Positions 35,970-49,267 of a stretch of 64,000 nucleotides of DNA are shown here, one piece after another (the stretch's first letter is position 1; each line of letters opens with the position of its first letter). Below the pieces are notes generated by a model. It was not told where the DNA came from and ran no database searches. It saw only the letters and a program-made list of their open reading frames with translations. The DNA lies in NCBI GenBank assembly GCA_035084275.1, contig CM068769.1, positions 1,860,001 through 1,924,000 of the forward strand, written 5' to 3'. A program made the position numbers and the translations under genes. The stretch is from Hydrolagus colliei (Eukaryota).

Positions 35970-36250
35970 TAGAGCCAAAAGGCACAGTAATACACTGCGA
36001 TGTCAGATACCAGCAGCTCAGAGATGGATAATCTGGTGGAAAAAGTAGAATTCTGAAGTTGAGCAGAAAATCGGATTCCAAATCCTATTCGTTTAGCTGA
36101 ATTATTACCCCCTGAATTTCTCCATATTATAAAGTCTGGATGTTTGGCAGGGCAATGTCTTTACCAGAAGAGAAAGTAACATCGTGCTATATTGTTGTAG
36201 CTACATATATATTTGTCTGTTACTCCATCTTTCTTCTTTCTGACAAATTC
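35970..36250 (-). pseudogene. TCR alpha/delta-type V pseudogene
   Basis: CSYNNIARCYFLFW*RHCPAKHPDFIIWRNSGG...RFSAQLQ...LSISELLVSDIAVYYCAFWL, with a stop after Trp41 and an N-terminal frameshift. RSS: CACTGTG 35963-35969, 23-bp spacer, CCAAAAACT. No convincing leader. Confidence 0.85.
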
Positions 36251-36289
36251 CTGAATGACAGAATCGCCAACACAGAGTTCTATAATTAT

Positions 36290-36640
36290 AACAAAAGTAA
36301 CAATAAAATTACATTGATATAGCGTCATTCACGCCTGGCTGACTTCTCAGTGTGCTGAACGTTTAGGCTGGGACCCTAGCAGGGGTGGAATGGTCAGGGT
36401 ATGGTGAGGCGACAGTAGGAAAGAGTGGAGAGTTAGGAGGACAGCAGAAGCCACGGTCGAACAGGAGGGTCATGAGACCGGCCTCGAAGGAGGAAAGGGA
36501 GGACGCGAGGCGAAGGGATTGCAGGATGGAGTTCCGGAGTGTGGAGCCAGAAAGGCTGCAAGCCCGGCCACCGCTGGTGGGGCGGGGGACTTGGAGAAGG
36601 CCAAAGAGCGCTTAACGGAGGGGAAGTGCAGGCTGATAGT
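36290..36640 (-). mobile_element. L2-type LINE 3' fragment
   Basis: Reverse-complement L2 3' end and tail. Confidence 0.7.
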
Positions 36641-36862
36641 CAGACAGCAGTTTCACTTCACGGTACATTATGTGAAGCACTTTGACGAGTCTTACTATCA
36701 ACTAGGCGTATGGTTCACCTCTGGTGGTGGTTTCATGTCTGTGTGATAATCACTTGTGCTGTGATCCCATTCCTGTATGAAAGTCAGAGAGACAGGAATG
36801 CCAAGCCGCTACTAATCACCGTCAGTTTGTGTACGAGTCTCCAACTGGTTGCCATCACTGTG

Positions 36863-37864
36863 CGTTTCGAGTGCGCAGTAATACACAGCGCTGTCAGGCA
36901 GCTCCAACCTTGAGATTGTTAAACGGGTGTGTTTGGTCGAGGTGTAGAGCTCAACAGAGATTCGATTTTCTGCAAAACGCGCTTGATCAGTTACGCCACG
37001 AGAATTCTTGTAAAGTATATACTGGATATGTTTGGCTTGTTGTTTTCGATACCAGTGCACGTAGTAGTTCCTCGAGTACGTATCGTAATGACATCCCATG
37101 GTTACACTTCCTCTCTCGTTCTCAGTCACTGAAGCCACATTCTGTGTAACAGTATTTCCATGCGTCAGGCCTGAAGCAAAAGACCATGCACTCCTGTGGT
37201 AGATTCTTTATAATAATATAATAATAAAAATTATGTTTGCATTTCGTAGAGCGCATATCACAACTGGTCGATTGAGTCCCAAAGCGCTTCACAAAATATT
37301 CTGTAACGTGGATTGAATGTAAATTTGTGGGCGAAACGCATTAGATTTGATTAGTGATTAGTGATTAGTGATTCTGCGCACAACAGATTCACTAATCACT
37401 AATCCACGAAAGCTTGTAGTGATTCTGCGCACAGCAGAATCACTACAAGCTTTCGTGGATTGAAATGACCTATTTTTTTACGTTGGATTTTGGTTTGGAC
37501 GGATTGTTATTATGCATGTTTAGAGCATTCGCTTCGCAAATAATTAAGTATGCGTTTGATTCACATCCATGAAAGCACAAACGCGTAGGCAAGTTTACTG
37601 ATTGCACGCACATCTGATTGTTACCTCACAGTAAGTAGCAAGCTAGTTGCTAGTGTATTAGCAATCCCTTTCGTAGGGAAACATAATTCTTTCCAAACCG
37701 TGCCGAAAAAAACTAATAAGGCGACTCATCTAAAGAAGAAAAATACAAACCGATTAAACAAAACTCTATTTGAAAATCGATTGCAATGTTCACCATTCTT
37801 ACCAAGGATTACCTGTTAAAATGGTAGCCATAGCCATACATGCACTGATTCCCCCCATCCCCAT
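36863..37864 (-). CDS. TCR alpha/delta-type V segment V2 (delta-like, apparently functional)
   Basis: Leader 37813-37864 (MGMGGISACMAMATILT) and V exon 36863-37170 with C23, W41 and YYC intact. 23-RSS: CACAGTG 36856-36862, ACACAAACT 36824-36832. Confidence 0.92.
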
Positions 37865-38854
37865 CACACATTCCACAGCTAGGCTGTTTGTTGGTAGGAT
37901 ACTTGTGTTGGTCTGAGCCATTCAGCACTGAGACGGGTGAATCTTGATCGCAATGAACTCACTTCCTAACCATGTGACGTGGATATCAGCAAGGCAGTGA
38001 TGCTAACCTGTCTCAGATGTTCCTGATGCTAGGGGGGCTGTTGGAAGCGTGAGTGTGCGTCCTTCGAGCCAATTCAGTTTGTTGAGTGGCCTGGCAGGGA
38101 AATGCGGACCCGATTTGTAGTGACTCAATATTACGTGTGAAGGCATCACAGAGGTAGGATGAGACAATGTCGTGGAGGGATTTGAAGGTGAGTGTGAAGC
38201 GTTTCAATTCAATCAGATAGGGTTTGGAAGGCATTGGTTATCGATTTGGGTCAGTGCATACACTCGCGGAATCATGTTTGTTAAAAGTGCAGCATCAAGT
38301 TAACAAACTCAAATTCAGGACGGTGTGAATGTCGCATTGCCACGAACCACGAGATAAAAGTCATCACACATTTTACGAATATTGATGGGAAAGTTATGGA
38401 GTTCAAATTGCCTATTGTGTTTGCCTACCCAATATAGAGAAAAACGTTTATGTTAAACGCACATTAAATTCATTTGCTACCGCATCATTTTTTAAATTAT
38501 TATTGACTATAATAAGTAGTATTTTTATGATCATTATTATCTCTAACTTGAACATCGCTGCAGAAAACTCAAGGTTTATCAATACAGTATTAGTATTGGC
38601 AATAGTATTATTCATATCGTTATCCTGCTCTATTTGGAATTTGATACAATGCAATAAGCATTTGGTCACCTTTCTCACCCTGCTCCAGGCTCGTGCTCGG
38701 GATCCGTTATTGTGAAGCTCTCTGAGACGCCGTCCGTCGTGAGGGCGCTATATTAATCGAATTTGTTGTTATTACCTGTTGCAGCTGCCAAGGAAATTAC
38801 TTGTGGACAGCGACGTTGGCAAATTGCATCAGTTGTAGTTGACGTATCATTAGT

Positions 38855-38886
38855 TCGCCATCTGGTGGTGGGATACAGCTACAGCA
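38855..38886 (-). promoter_or_regulatory. CTCF-like site with upstream motif
   Basis: Minus strand TGCTGTAGC-9nt-CCACCAGATGGCGA matches the CTCF core CCASYAGRKGGCR plus an upstream motif. Confidence 0.6.
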
Positions 38887-39460
38887 CGTCAATAATTGAT
38901 AATATTTGACAGCAAACTGCTATCCGGCTCGCTTTTCCCTCCCCTTTGATGAATCACGTTGTGTTTTTTGATGTTTTCCTACATTGTAAAATACACTTGC
39001 GTGTAACAGGACTCCCAGGAATCACGATCTTTGACCTTAGCTATGTGAGAATAACAATAGTATATTGAACATTTATAATCTTCGCATTTTAAATTGGTCC
39101 ACAGCCCACGTTTGATTTCTTGTATCCTCATATCGTTTTCAGAAGAATGTATTATCAACGAATTGACTTACGTACTTCAGAGTTCCATCGATGTGAGTGA
39201 CCGATTTATTGTTGGCAGCAGTATTAATTTTGAACAAGTGTTATCATTGTTGAAGCGAGTATTTTCCCAGTAAACTGATATATCAAGCGACTATCAAGTG
39301 TTTTGCTTGGTGTTACAGCAGGCGTTTGCGTTAAGGAAACAATGTTTTTATCTTTCATGACTGAACCCAGGTGTTCTCACTTGCAAGGCTATTGCTGCAA
39401 CCACTGAGCTGCAGGTATGTGTGTTTTTTTATGGCAGAAACACTGATCTGTTCCTCTGTG

Positions 39461-40864
39461 GGTCTCAGTGCACAGTAGTACACCGCGGATTCTGGATATC
39501 CCACTTGGGATATAGTTAATGGCAGGGTTTTCTCCACGTTATCCACCTTCGTTGAAAAACGTTTTCCTGGGAATTCTGCATGACGCTGGCCTTTGCTGCT
39601 GGAGAATATCTGAACGATATATTCTGGAGCTTTGTTGATATAGAGAAGGTATCAGTACATGTACGTATTGGTGTCGCTTCTCGTGAAATTACACTGCAGG
39701 TGCACATCCTCGCCTTCGTCCATTGCCACAGTTGATTGGGGCTATGTTACACTATCTTCTACACAATGCACTGGAAACGAGACACATTTGAGCGTTCAGC
39801 AAAATAACAACAATAATAATATTTCAACACGTGGTTGTGGCATGTAACTTCATCTAGACCACTCAAACTCGCGATACACTACAAACAACAATGATTGTGG
39901 GGTAAGTAAATATGCCTAATATATCACCTTTTTGGACCCGAGAATCGAACCCAGATAATCTCGCGTGTGAGTAGAATACTCTACATTTTTACGTACAGGA
40001 CTCGACAAGTCAATGAGTAATGTTACGTATTACTCCCCCACATCCGTGCCTTGACCGGCAGCACTTACTTCCACCTGCGCAACATTGCAAGGCTCCGCAA
40101 TTATCTTACCCACCAGGCTGCCGAAACACTCGTGCACGCATACATCACCTCAAGGCTGGACTACGGAAACTTTCTCCTCGTCGGCCTTCCCAGCTCCTCC
40201 ATTCACAGGCTGCAGGTCGTGCAAAACTCTGCGGCACTTGTATTATCCCGCAACCCGCCTCCGCGACCATATAACCCCCACCCTCGCTCGTCTCCACTGG
40301 CTCTCCATTCTCCAGAGGATCGAGTTCAAGATCCTCGTCCTCATCTTCAAGGCCTTACATGGCCTTGCCCCGCCATTTTTAACCATTTTACTCCCCCCCT
40401 ACAAGCCCACCCGGACCCTCGATCAGCAGGAGTTGGCCTGCTCCAAGCCCCCCGCGCGAACCGCCCCACAATCGGAGGCCGGGCCTTCAGTTTTTCTGCT
40501 CCGACCCTATGGAATTCCATCCCTCCGTCTCGTTTCTTCCATTTCCTCTTTCAAGGCCGGTTTGAAGACTTTCCTCTTCGACCGTGCCTTTTGTTCAACC
40601 CAGAATTTTTCGACCTCCCCTACGTGTGTCACCCCTCCCTGTACACTTTGCTCCCAGCTCGGGTCACACGCATCCTGTGCAGCGCCTTCGGACGTCCTCC
40701 CGAGGTAAAAGGCTCTTTATAAGTGTAATTTGTTGTTGTTGTTGTATTGATTACTTTGTACAAGAAAAGATGGGGTGGATAATATGTCTTATCAGCAGAA
40801 ATATATAATAAGTGTGTGTCTTACCTGACAAGGTAATGATGGCTACTATCATGTAGATCGCCAT
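39461..40864 (-). pseudogene. TCR alpha/delta-type V pseudogene V3
   Basis: Leader 40825-40864 (MAIYMIVAIITLS) and V exon 39461-39770 with a TAG in FR1 and TGA at Trp41, ending ESAVYYCALRP. 23-RSS CACAGAG/AAAAAAACA. L2 insertion in the intron. Confidence 0.88.
40040..40745 (+). mobile_element. L2-type LINE 3' fragment in the V3 intron
   Basis: ORF 40051-40722: FHLRNIARLRNYL...ITSRLDYGN...RLQVVQNSAA...GGRAFSFSAPTLWNSIP, with (TTG)n tail. Confidence 0.92.
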
Positions 40865-42436
40865 ATGTATTTAATGCCCGGAATGCTAAGAGAGTGATGA
40901 TGCTTTGGTTGGAAATGTTGGTCGGGAAGCATTGAGATGCCGGGAGGAGGGCTGAACAGTAAATGAATTACACAGGTTGCCATACACTGTGAGTGAGCTG
41001 GTCTGAGATTTATGTATGACAAAGTTTATCTATGTAATTGAGCGTCATTTGCGCTGCTCTTCCGTCTCGCTCCTCCCTTGGTTCTCCTCCAACACTGACA
41101 TGTCTTTGATCAACCAGGTGTCTGACACATGCAGCAAATTACACCAATAATCCTGTTACAATTCGTCCAAACACATACATGATATTCACGCAACTGTACT
41201 ATCTACGGATTCATTTTGCTTAGTGGTATCAACACACACTCCACAAGCAACGCGCCTGTGATAGATTCTTGTAGGGCGAAATCTTGGATACGTTTCCTTA
41301 CTCTACCAAAACAAATTTTGTTTGCCCAGCAATCAATATCAGTTATTTCTTGATTGATCTAGTTGTGTTCCAGTGTTAATAATAAGCAATTGAATATAAC
41401 ACTGTTTGTGTGACATTGCTGTGCACAATTGGCTGTCTGGTTTCGCCTGCAAATCGCCGAGTCACTACATGTTACAGTGTAGTCTATCAGGCGATCAGTG
41501 ACGTCACAAGGCAGGCCGAGGTAATCAGTGGAAGCCACTGAGTATGTACACAGGGCTAGACAATGACCTAATGTGTGTTGGCTTCACATACCCTGCGTGC
41601 AGCTGGCAATTGGGTAACGAGGTGAAACCAGCCATTGAGAGGGTTTCAAAGCCAAAGAGGAGGAGCCCACGTGGCGTCAGCAGTTTCTCAGATGTCTCTG
41701 CCCCTCTTGGTTGAAAGTTTCCTTCATGCCTCGTTTCCGCTCCAGGCTTCCGGGTTCCAGCACTTTGGGCAATAAAGACACACTTTTCCAGCATAACTCT
41801 CATTTCTCATGCCTGCAAATTATGTGCTGTGCATTTTATGTCAATCAACTCGACTTCATATACAAACAAGCATATATGTAAACCGTGTGTCTCAAACATG
41901 GGGAAAACCATCGAAATATTTAAGAGATTTTACATGAAGCTTTGTGTCAGAATAATCCTTCATTTTGATAAGGCACCATATCAAGTCTTCAAAACTTCTC
42001 TAAACGCTTCACATGATATATTGTAAAGTGTAGCATTCGTGTATTTTGTGGCAGAGAACTACACACAGCATTGTCTCACAAAAATGATGGATCGAGGCAA
42101 CAATTTTTGTTTCATCGATTATTACACACTGGAAGGCTCTCCACCAAATGTCCGTCACCCGGGATCCAACTTTCTGCTCGGCAGAGAATGAGCAATAATA
42201 ATAATAATACTTGCATTTGATGCAACACCTTGTGAAGTCTACGAGACATTACAAAGCGCTTTACTAGTTGTACAGTGTAACTCTATATGTTACCGGCTGT
42301 AATTGGCAGCCAATTGCACACAGAAGTGTTCCACAAATGCTCAAGGATCGAAAAGGCGAGTGGTATATCCAGTGAGCTACAGTAACATAGAGCAGCATGT
42401 TTTTGTACAGGCTCCTCTTAGAAACGCAGCACTGTG

Positions 42437-42894
42437 CTCTCCGCTGCACAGAAGTAAGTGGCGGTGTCTGTCAATCCCACATCTCTGATTGTCAGTGTGC
42501 TGTTCTTCTCTTTTGTATCAGCCAAAGCACTTATCCTCTCCTCCACCTTGATCTCTCTGGTTCCCTTCACCAGTAAATCGATGGTGCCGTTTCCATTGCG
42601 TTTGTACCATTGGAAGTAAGGGTCCTTTATAGTGGTTCTGCACTCTACAGATACATTCCCATTTTCATTCTGTGTCAGTGCCTGAGGACTCTGTGATACT
42701 TCACTATCAGCCAAGGCACCTGAGGAATACAAATGATATTTTTTGGAAAGAAATACGGAAAATATCTGCAAATAAGCTTGTCATTAGTCACTCGGGTAAC
42801 AATATTTTTTTCTATCCAAACTCACACTCTACTTACAGAAGAGCGACAGCATGAATTTAAAAATAATACACGTTGCTTGGTAACGCAGTATCAT
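42437..42894 (-). CDS. TCR alpha-type V segment V4 (apparently functional)
   Basis: Leader 42837-42894 (MILRYQATCIIFKFMLSLF) and V exon 42437-42719 (EVSQSP...VECRTT...FQWYKR...DTATYFCAAE). 23-RSS: CACAGTG 42430-42436, ACAAAAACA. Confidence 0.93.
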
Positions 42895-43984
42895 TCTCAA
42901 TCCTCGTCGATTCATGTCAGAACCTCCAGGTGAAATGCAAGTGGACACGAGCTAACTGCTGATAAACATTCATGAATGTTTGTCGAGTGCCGCTAACTGA
43001 GTAGGTTATGACTTTACTCTCGGTAACGCCTCAACCGACGTCTCATTGCCTGTATGTTTGCTTCTGTGACATTCATTCCCCAATCGGCTACCAACAGAGT
43101 TCGTTTAGTCCACAGAATAGGAAGTTACTGCATTTTGCAGTATATTCGTTCAATCAATTTGAATCACGTGAATGAAATAATCCAGCTACATCGAATTCAG
43201 TCAAATACAGCTGTTACTGTTATTAACATAATTATTATAAGTTTCTAAGAGAATGCACTATCGGAAGACATATTCCTTTAAGCACTTATTTAAGTTTAAC
43301 ATTGTTTTGCATACATCGTTATCAAATCAATTCATGGAAGATTCCTGTAAGTCCACACAGGCTTTTCTATCGAGGGCAGAGATTCTGTGGTTGGCAACGT
43401 CATCGGCTGATGTATTTAAAATAATGTTCCCTCAATCATCTGTGAAGTGAACAAACAATTGTACTGATGGAATGCCTGCCCAGTGACCAGGCGAAAGCCT
43501 GGTATTGCTCTCGCAGGGACATGGGATTATTACCGACCCTTTTTACAAACCAACTGGATCTCTGTTTGATGGTTCAACAGAAGGGCAACTTATCTGACAT
43601 TTCTAGACACACACAGATCTGCACTGGAGTATCAGCCCAGTACATTCTTCAAGAATCTAATATATCATACAAAGCATGTAAGTCGCTTTTAAGTGTTATG
43701 TGGAAGTTAGAAGTTTGACAGTTATTATATGGTACTGCAACAATAATTTTAAAAATAACTTTCGGTTTGATAAAGCGACATTTTTCACATGTCTCGTAGG
43801 GCTTCACAGAATCTAGTGTAATGTGTCTTGAGAGTGTTTGTCTTGGTGGAAGAAACACTGGCAGGCCAATGAGCAAAGCAGTGTCCTACAAACTTACGTG
43901 GATAGAGTAATTACATTTATATTATTATGTTTATGTAACGGATTATAAAACCAGGGAAAGCGATCCACCCATGGACTAACAGGA

Positions 43985-44125
43985 AGGTTCTAAGCAAATG
44001 GTAAGTAAAGTTGCATGTTCTTCCAGAGTGTGGAGAACTGCCTAATGATTCACAACGCTTGGGATTGAAACCGGGGTCCACTCGGGAGCAAGGCGAGTAC
44101 TCCAACATCTGCACTACACTCCACA
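43985..44125 (-). mobile_element. tRNA-derived SINE head
   Basis: Reverse complement has A-box-like and B-box-like (ggtttcaatccc) sequence. Similar fragments lie near 32230, 33340, 39930, 51410, 52600, 56750, 61250 and 63550. Confidence 0.55.
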
Positions 44126-44264
44126 GCCTCTGTCCACCGCCCTCCCTGTTATAATAGTGTAGCCACCTCAGTGTGTTGGCAGCAAGCAGTTGAATGTTTG
44201 AGAGGAAGTAACGATTGTCTGCTGAATTTTTTGTACAGTGTATCTGGCCTCCTGTCACAGTGTG

Positions 44265-45137
44265 GGCTGCAGGGCACAGTAATACATGGCGCCGTCACCC
44301 ACAACAGCCCTGAGTATTTGCAAGTTAAGTACTTTATTCTCCTTGTTCAGCTTGGCAGTGAATCGGTCAGGAATATAAGGAGCTTTGTCTACAGTTCCCG
44401 AGCTAAATATCATAAGCAGGTACTGAAGACCTCCACCGCGATATTGCCTATACCAGAAGGCGGTGTTTATTGTGGAATAATTGCAGTTTATTCTCGCGTC
44501 TTGCCCTTCAAATTCCTCAATCTCAGGAGGATATTGGAATATTACATCTTTTCCGCTAACTTCTGCAATAAAAAAACAACGTAATTTTCACAAGACAAAA
44601 ATAAATTTATTACTGGAATAATACAAATGATAACTGCGTTAGTTTTGAGATTTTTCACAACAATCAGAGGATAGAAAAATCATGCAGACAAAACACCCAG
44701 AGAACAAATCATCAAATGAATTGTCTCCATACTTTGTAGGCAAAACGCGGCAGCCAATTGCACACAGCGGTGTCACACACAGAGTCGTAGAGTGAGAGCT
44801 CAAATTAATGCTTTTGTAAGTATTATTTTGGTTGGAATGATAATGTATGGAAAGTGATCCGCTTACTAATTACTGGTAGAATTACAAAGGCGTGTGTATG
44901 GTGTAAAGCGACTTGTCCAACAATTAGCCATGACGTGAGCCAAAATACGGTATTCTCTTTTTCAATGGTTGTCGTCTAACTAACTACTCTAACGAAATCA
45001 TAGAACCATAATAATAATACTTATATCAGATATACTTCTTTTCACATCTTGTAATACAAAATCACATGAACTAGGCATGTCCACACATACTTACTGGCTA
45101 TGGTGAGGATTAACAGTAACTGACAGTGACCTGTCAT
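44265..45137 (-). CDS. TCR alpha/delta-type V segment V5 (apparently functional; absent from the ORF track)
   Basis: Leader 45095-45137 (MTGHCQLLLILTIA) and open V exon 44265-44562 (VSGKDVIFQYPPEIEEFEGQDARINCNYSTINTAFWYRQYRGGGLQYLL...DRFTAKL...GDGAMYYCALQP). 23-RSS CACACTG/ACAAAAAAT. Confidence 0.92.
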
Positions 45138-46157
45138 GCTGGCTGCTGAGGTGAGGGCAGATAGTGGAATCTCTTCCTCTTTATATGCCTGTTCGACTGC
45201 TTCAGTTACAAGTATTGAGGCAGAGGCTTATGTGATGTGTGCAGGCAGTGGGTTACTCAATAATATTGTAGGCGTTTCATACTAACCAGTGTATCTTTGC
45301 CTTAATCAGCTGATGATTAGCTACAAGTGATCAGCTCTAGAATGGAAGGAATAGGGGTATGTTTCATGCAAAGGTTTACTTGCTGTAATCAAGTTGACAA
45401 ATTACCTGTGTTGCCGGTAGTGCACCTAATGAGCCGGGAGGGTTTTGGTTCAAGGTTCAAGACTGTAAATTGAGTTGATGGTCTGGACTGAAATTCTAAT
45501 TGATGACTGTGTCAAGGGTATATTATCAAGAAAACTTAAATTGAGCCACAATTCGTGAATAGTTCTGTGCGAGTCACTGTTTTCCAATTGCCCATTGTAT
45601 TTGTCTTCAACGTGCATACATTTGCTTTTTAATTATTCATAATGAACGCTTTATTTGCAACTCCTACATGAAGGCATTTTGTACAATGCAGGGACTCTTG
45701 TAACTTTTATCACTTTGCAGTCCTGTTTGGAAATGCATCCAAGGCAGGAGGGCCCAAACTAAGAAATAGCATTACTCCTGCAACATAACATTTAACAGAA
45801 AATTATTATTCTCCTTCCCCCAATTAAGTAACGAAAGTGCCCATATAGACATTGAGAAAACTTAACTTGTTGAAGATCAGAGTGAGAGCTACTCAATAGA
45901 GGCTGATTGTTTTTGGGGAAAGACAATAAGATAGAAAACGTGTTACACCAATTGATTCTGGAACAAGAATAACATGATTCATATTTAACCAAACAAACAT
46001 TACCACTTTCCAGCTGCAGAGGCCATAGTGTCTATGAAGATCCAACATCAACTGTAACAGGAAGCACCTGCTATAGCTCACAAGTATGTTAGCTACAGAA
46101 AGGAATGAGGTAAATTATATCAGTTGCAGTTCATGTTAGATACTGTATGTGCTTAGT

Positions 46158-46189
46158 GCGCCATCTGGTGGTGGATTGCAGGTACAGAA
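46158..46189 (-). promoter_or_regulatory. CTCF-like site with upstream motif
   Basis: Minus strand TTCTGTACC-9nt-CCACCAGATGGCGC, a near-consensus core. Confidence 0.65.
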
Positions 46190-46830
46190 CGTGGACAATT
46201 GAAGACATTTCATATGAAATGTTTTCCAGCCAAGCTCAACATTCCCTTTCTGAATGGCGCTGTATAAACTCAAGCTATTGATTTATATACTTTTTAAATG
46301 TTTTACAATCTATTAGAATACAATTTAGTAGGCACGTGTATGAGGCAGGTCTCACCAAAACACAGGAACTTTGAGAATATATCTGTGACAATACCATCAT
46401 TGTGTTTAATAAAAATATAAATATTCCTTGCGTTTGATATAGCGCCATATCATATCTTAGATGTGCATAAAGAGCTTTGCAGAATGTATTGTAAACGATT
46501 TGACATGTTGTTGTGTGGGAGAAACGCGAAAATCAAGTTTGCAAATCAGAGATCCATTGGATTTAAGGAGCAATTTATTAATATCATCAATAGACTGAAG
46601 AATTCTTACCACCGAAAAAGCGAGTCACTAATCCACTAACTACATAGTTCCGACTTACTGTCATGTAAACAGCCGCGTATATGTGGAGTAAGGAAACTTG
46701 GCCCACATTTCGCTCATCCGTGAATTCAAACCCTTGTATCTTGCCCGTGAGGTGAATGCTGGAAAAACTGAGGTATAACACTCCACATGGTAGTTTTTGT
46801 CGGGCGGTAACGCTGATCTGTGTCTCTGTG

Positions 46831-47667
46831 GGGCTCAGTGTACAATAATACACCGCAGAGTCTGTGACTCTCACTTGGCATATATTTAATGGCACGGTTC
46901 TCCCCACTTTATCCACTGTTGCTGAGAAATGTCCTTTGGCAAAGTGTGCATATTGTGGTCTGTTGCTGTTGGATGTGCTGATTATATATTCTGGAGCTGA
47001 GTGGGGATAGTGACGGTACCAGAACAGATACATTCCGATGTCAATTGTAGCAGTATAATTACACTGCAATATTGCATCCCCCCCTACGTATGCTGTCGTA
47101 ATATATTGGTGCTGTGTCACAGCGTCGCTTTCACAATGTACTAGAAACAAGATAGATAAATAATAATATTGTGAATAATAATAATAATAACAAAAATATT
47201 GATGTTAATAATTCTTTCATTTACTGCAACGCCTTATTAGCCCGTATCCGCGACAGCACAAAGCGCTTCACAGAACATTAATTTAGCAAATGTTCTGGGA
47301 AAAACGACAGAATCAATTGCGCGTATCAGTTTCCCCAAAACACTAGGTAATTGATTGATTTATATACGATTAAATGTTTGGAATTCAATGCTTCGGAGAC
47401 GCTATCGGTAAGTTTACCTACATTAGGGTTCATATCTAAAACTACTGAAACATGGACGCGTGTGTGCCGCAAGTAAACTTGCCAGCAGATTCGCCCTCCC
47501 TACTCGTTGAGTTACAGGACGCTACCGATTGTCAAGTCCTGTAGTTTATTGGGTAATTCATGGAATAAGAAAAATTACGCATTGGGTAATATGTGCAGGA
47601 ATATAATGATATACGTTTACGGCTTACTTACGAAGATAAAGATGGCTGCTGCCAGGTAATTATACAT
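46831..47667 (-). CDS. TCR alpha/delta-type V segment V6 (apparently functional)
   Basis: Leader 47628-47667 (MYNYLAAAIFIFV) and V exon 46831-47140 (DAVTQ...LQCNYT...LFWYRHYP...DSAVYYCTLSP). 23-RSS: CACAGAG 46824-46830, ACAAAAACT. Confidence 0.92.
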
Positions 47668-48808
47668 TGTGGTACGTGTGTTTCGTGGCATGTGTTGTCG
47701 AGGGAACGTTGATGGTGGAGTTCCACACCGTTGGCTGGGAGACAGATAGATGCAGTATGGAGGGCAGAACAAGATATGGCATATATAGTTTACTGAGCAG
47801 GTCTGAAGGTTATTCATAACACTTATGTCTCTGTCACTTTCCATCACTCACTCTGTTCTTCCAACTTGCTCCCCTATTGGTTCATTTCCATTTATATGGT
47901 AAAGAGCTTAAATGGTTCATTGAGAGGGTTCAGAGCCAATGGGCAGAAGACACGTTACATCACCAGTTTCTTTGATGTCTCTGCCCTTGTAACTTGAAAG
48001 TTTCCTTCCTGCCCCATTTCCTGCAGAAGCTTTGGTTTACAGCCGTTCGTGTATAAATCACAAGATTTATTTAGCACAATTAAGCGCCAATACTTGGTTT
48101 ATTTCGTATGTTACTAAGCAGTGTGTAAACATGTGACGAACACATCTGATGCTTTCTAGCGAACGAATCAAAATTTGAAGTACAATATATGTTGTTGTGT
48201 TTGATGTAGCATTTTATCTCAGCTTTCAAACATCTATAATCTCTTCCATGGGTAGCGATCATGTATTTTCTCAATAAAATACACGACAGCCAATTATACT
48301 CAGTCTTGTCTAGCAAAACGTAATGGAACGTCATTATTTTTCTTATTTGATTATTGCCCCAGGAAAGGCTATCGGCCGGTCGTCTATCAGCCGGTTTCGT
48401 ACATAATGCTCTGCATTTGTGTAATTATAAACTTTGCATTCTAAATTTTGCCTGATTCATTATTCACAGTTCTGCTGTGAAGTGAATTGAACTGAAATGT
48501 TGGGCTAATAGCAGCAGGCAATGTGGGCAGAGCAGCGTCTCACAAACAGTCGTGGATTGAAGTCAACATGTTTCATTTTAAAACTTATTAGGACTTTTCC
48601 AGGAAAGCGATCCCTCAAACGACTGAGAACCAGGTAACTACAAACTTGATTTATCGACAGAGACTTTTAGAATAAGGACAATCGCCCAATACTTTGCCCA
48701 GCCAAGAATCGAACCCCACCTCTATTTGTTTGCGAGTTCTTTGCGCATTGATCTGCAGCGACATATTCCTGTTTTTGTACAGGCTCCTCTGAGACACGCA
48801 GCACTGTG

Positions 48809-49267
48809 CTCGTTGCACAGAAGTAAGTGGCGGTGTCTGTCACTCGCACGTCTTTGATTGATAGTGTGCTGGTTTTCTCGTTTGTGTCAGCCAAGGCACT
48901 TATCCTCGCCCCTTCCTTCATCTCTCTGGTTCCCATCACCAAGTATTGAATGGAACCATTTCCATACTGTTTGTACCAATGAAAGTATTTGACGTATCCA
49001 GTGGTTCTGCACTCCATAGATACATTTCCATTTGCATTCTCTGTCAGTGCCAGAGGATTCTGTGACACCTCACGTTCAGCTAAGACACCTGGGGAATAGA
49101 AATGTACAATCTTTGAAATAAATTTGAATGAAATCAGTAAAGCTAATTTCTACTTAATCAGCAGTGGAACGTGAAAATACTGTTTTTTTCTAACACATAA
49201 CCCACTTACACAAAAATAATACAAATAAATTAATAACAGCGTACATTGCAGCGAAATGCTGCATCAT
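48809..49267 (-). CDS. TCR alpha-type V segment V7 (apparently functional; paralog of V4)
   Basis: Leader 49210-49267 (MMQHFAAMYAVINLFVLFL) and V exon 48809-49088. 23-RSS: CACAGTG 48802-48808, ACAAAAACA. Confidence 0.93.

Noticed and set aside
36660-36810. Possible NAR-TCR-type J segment upstream of the CDR1-Cys V pseudogene
   Set aside because: No FGxG/YGxG motif with a 12-RSS and in-phase donor was found.
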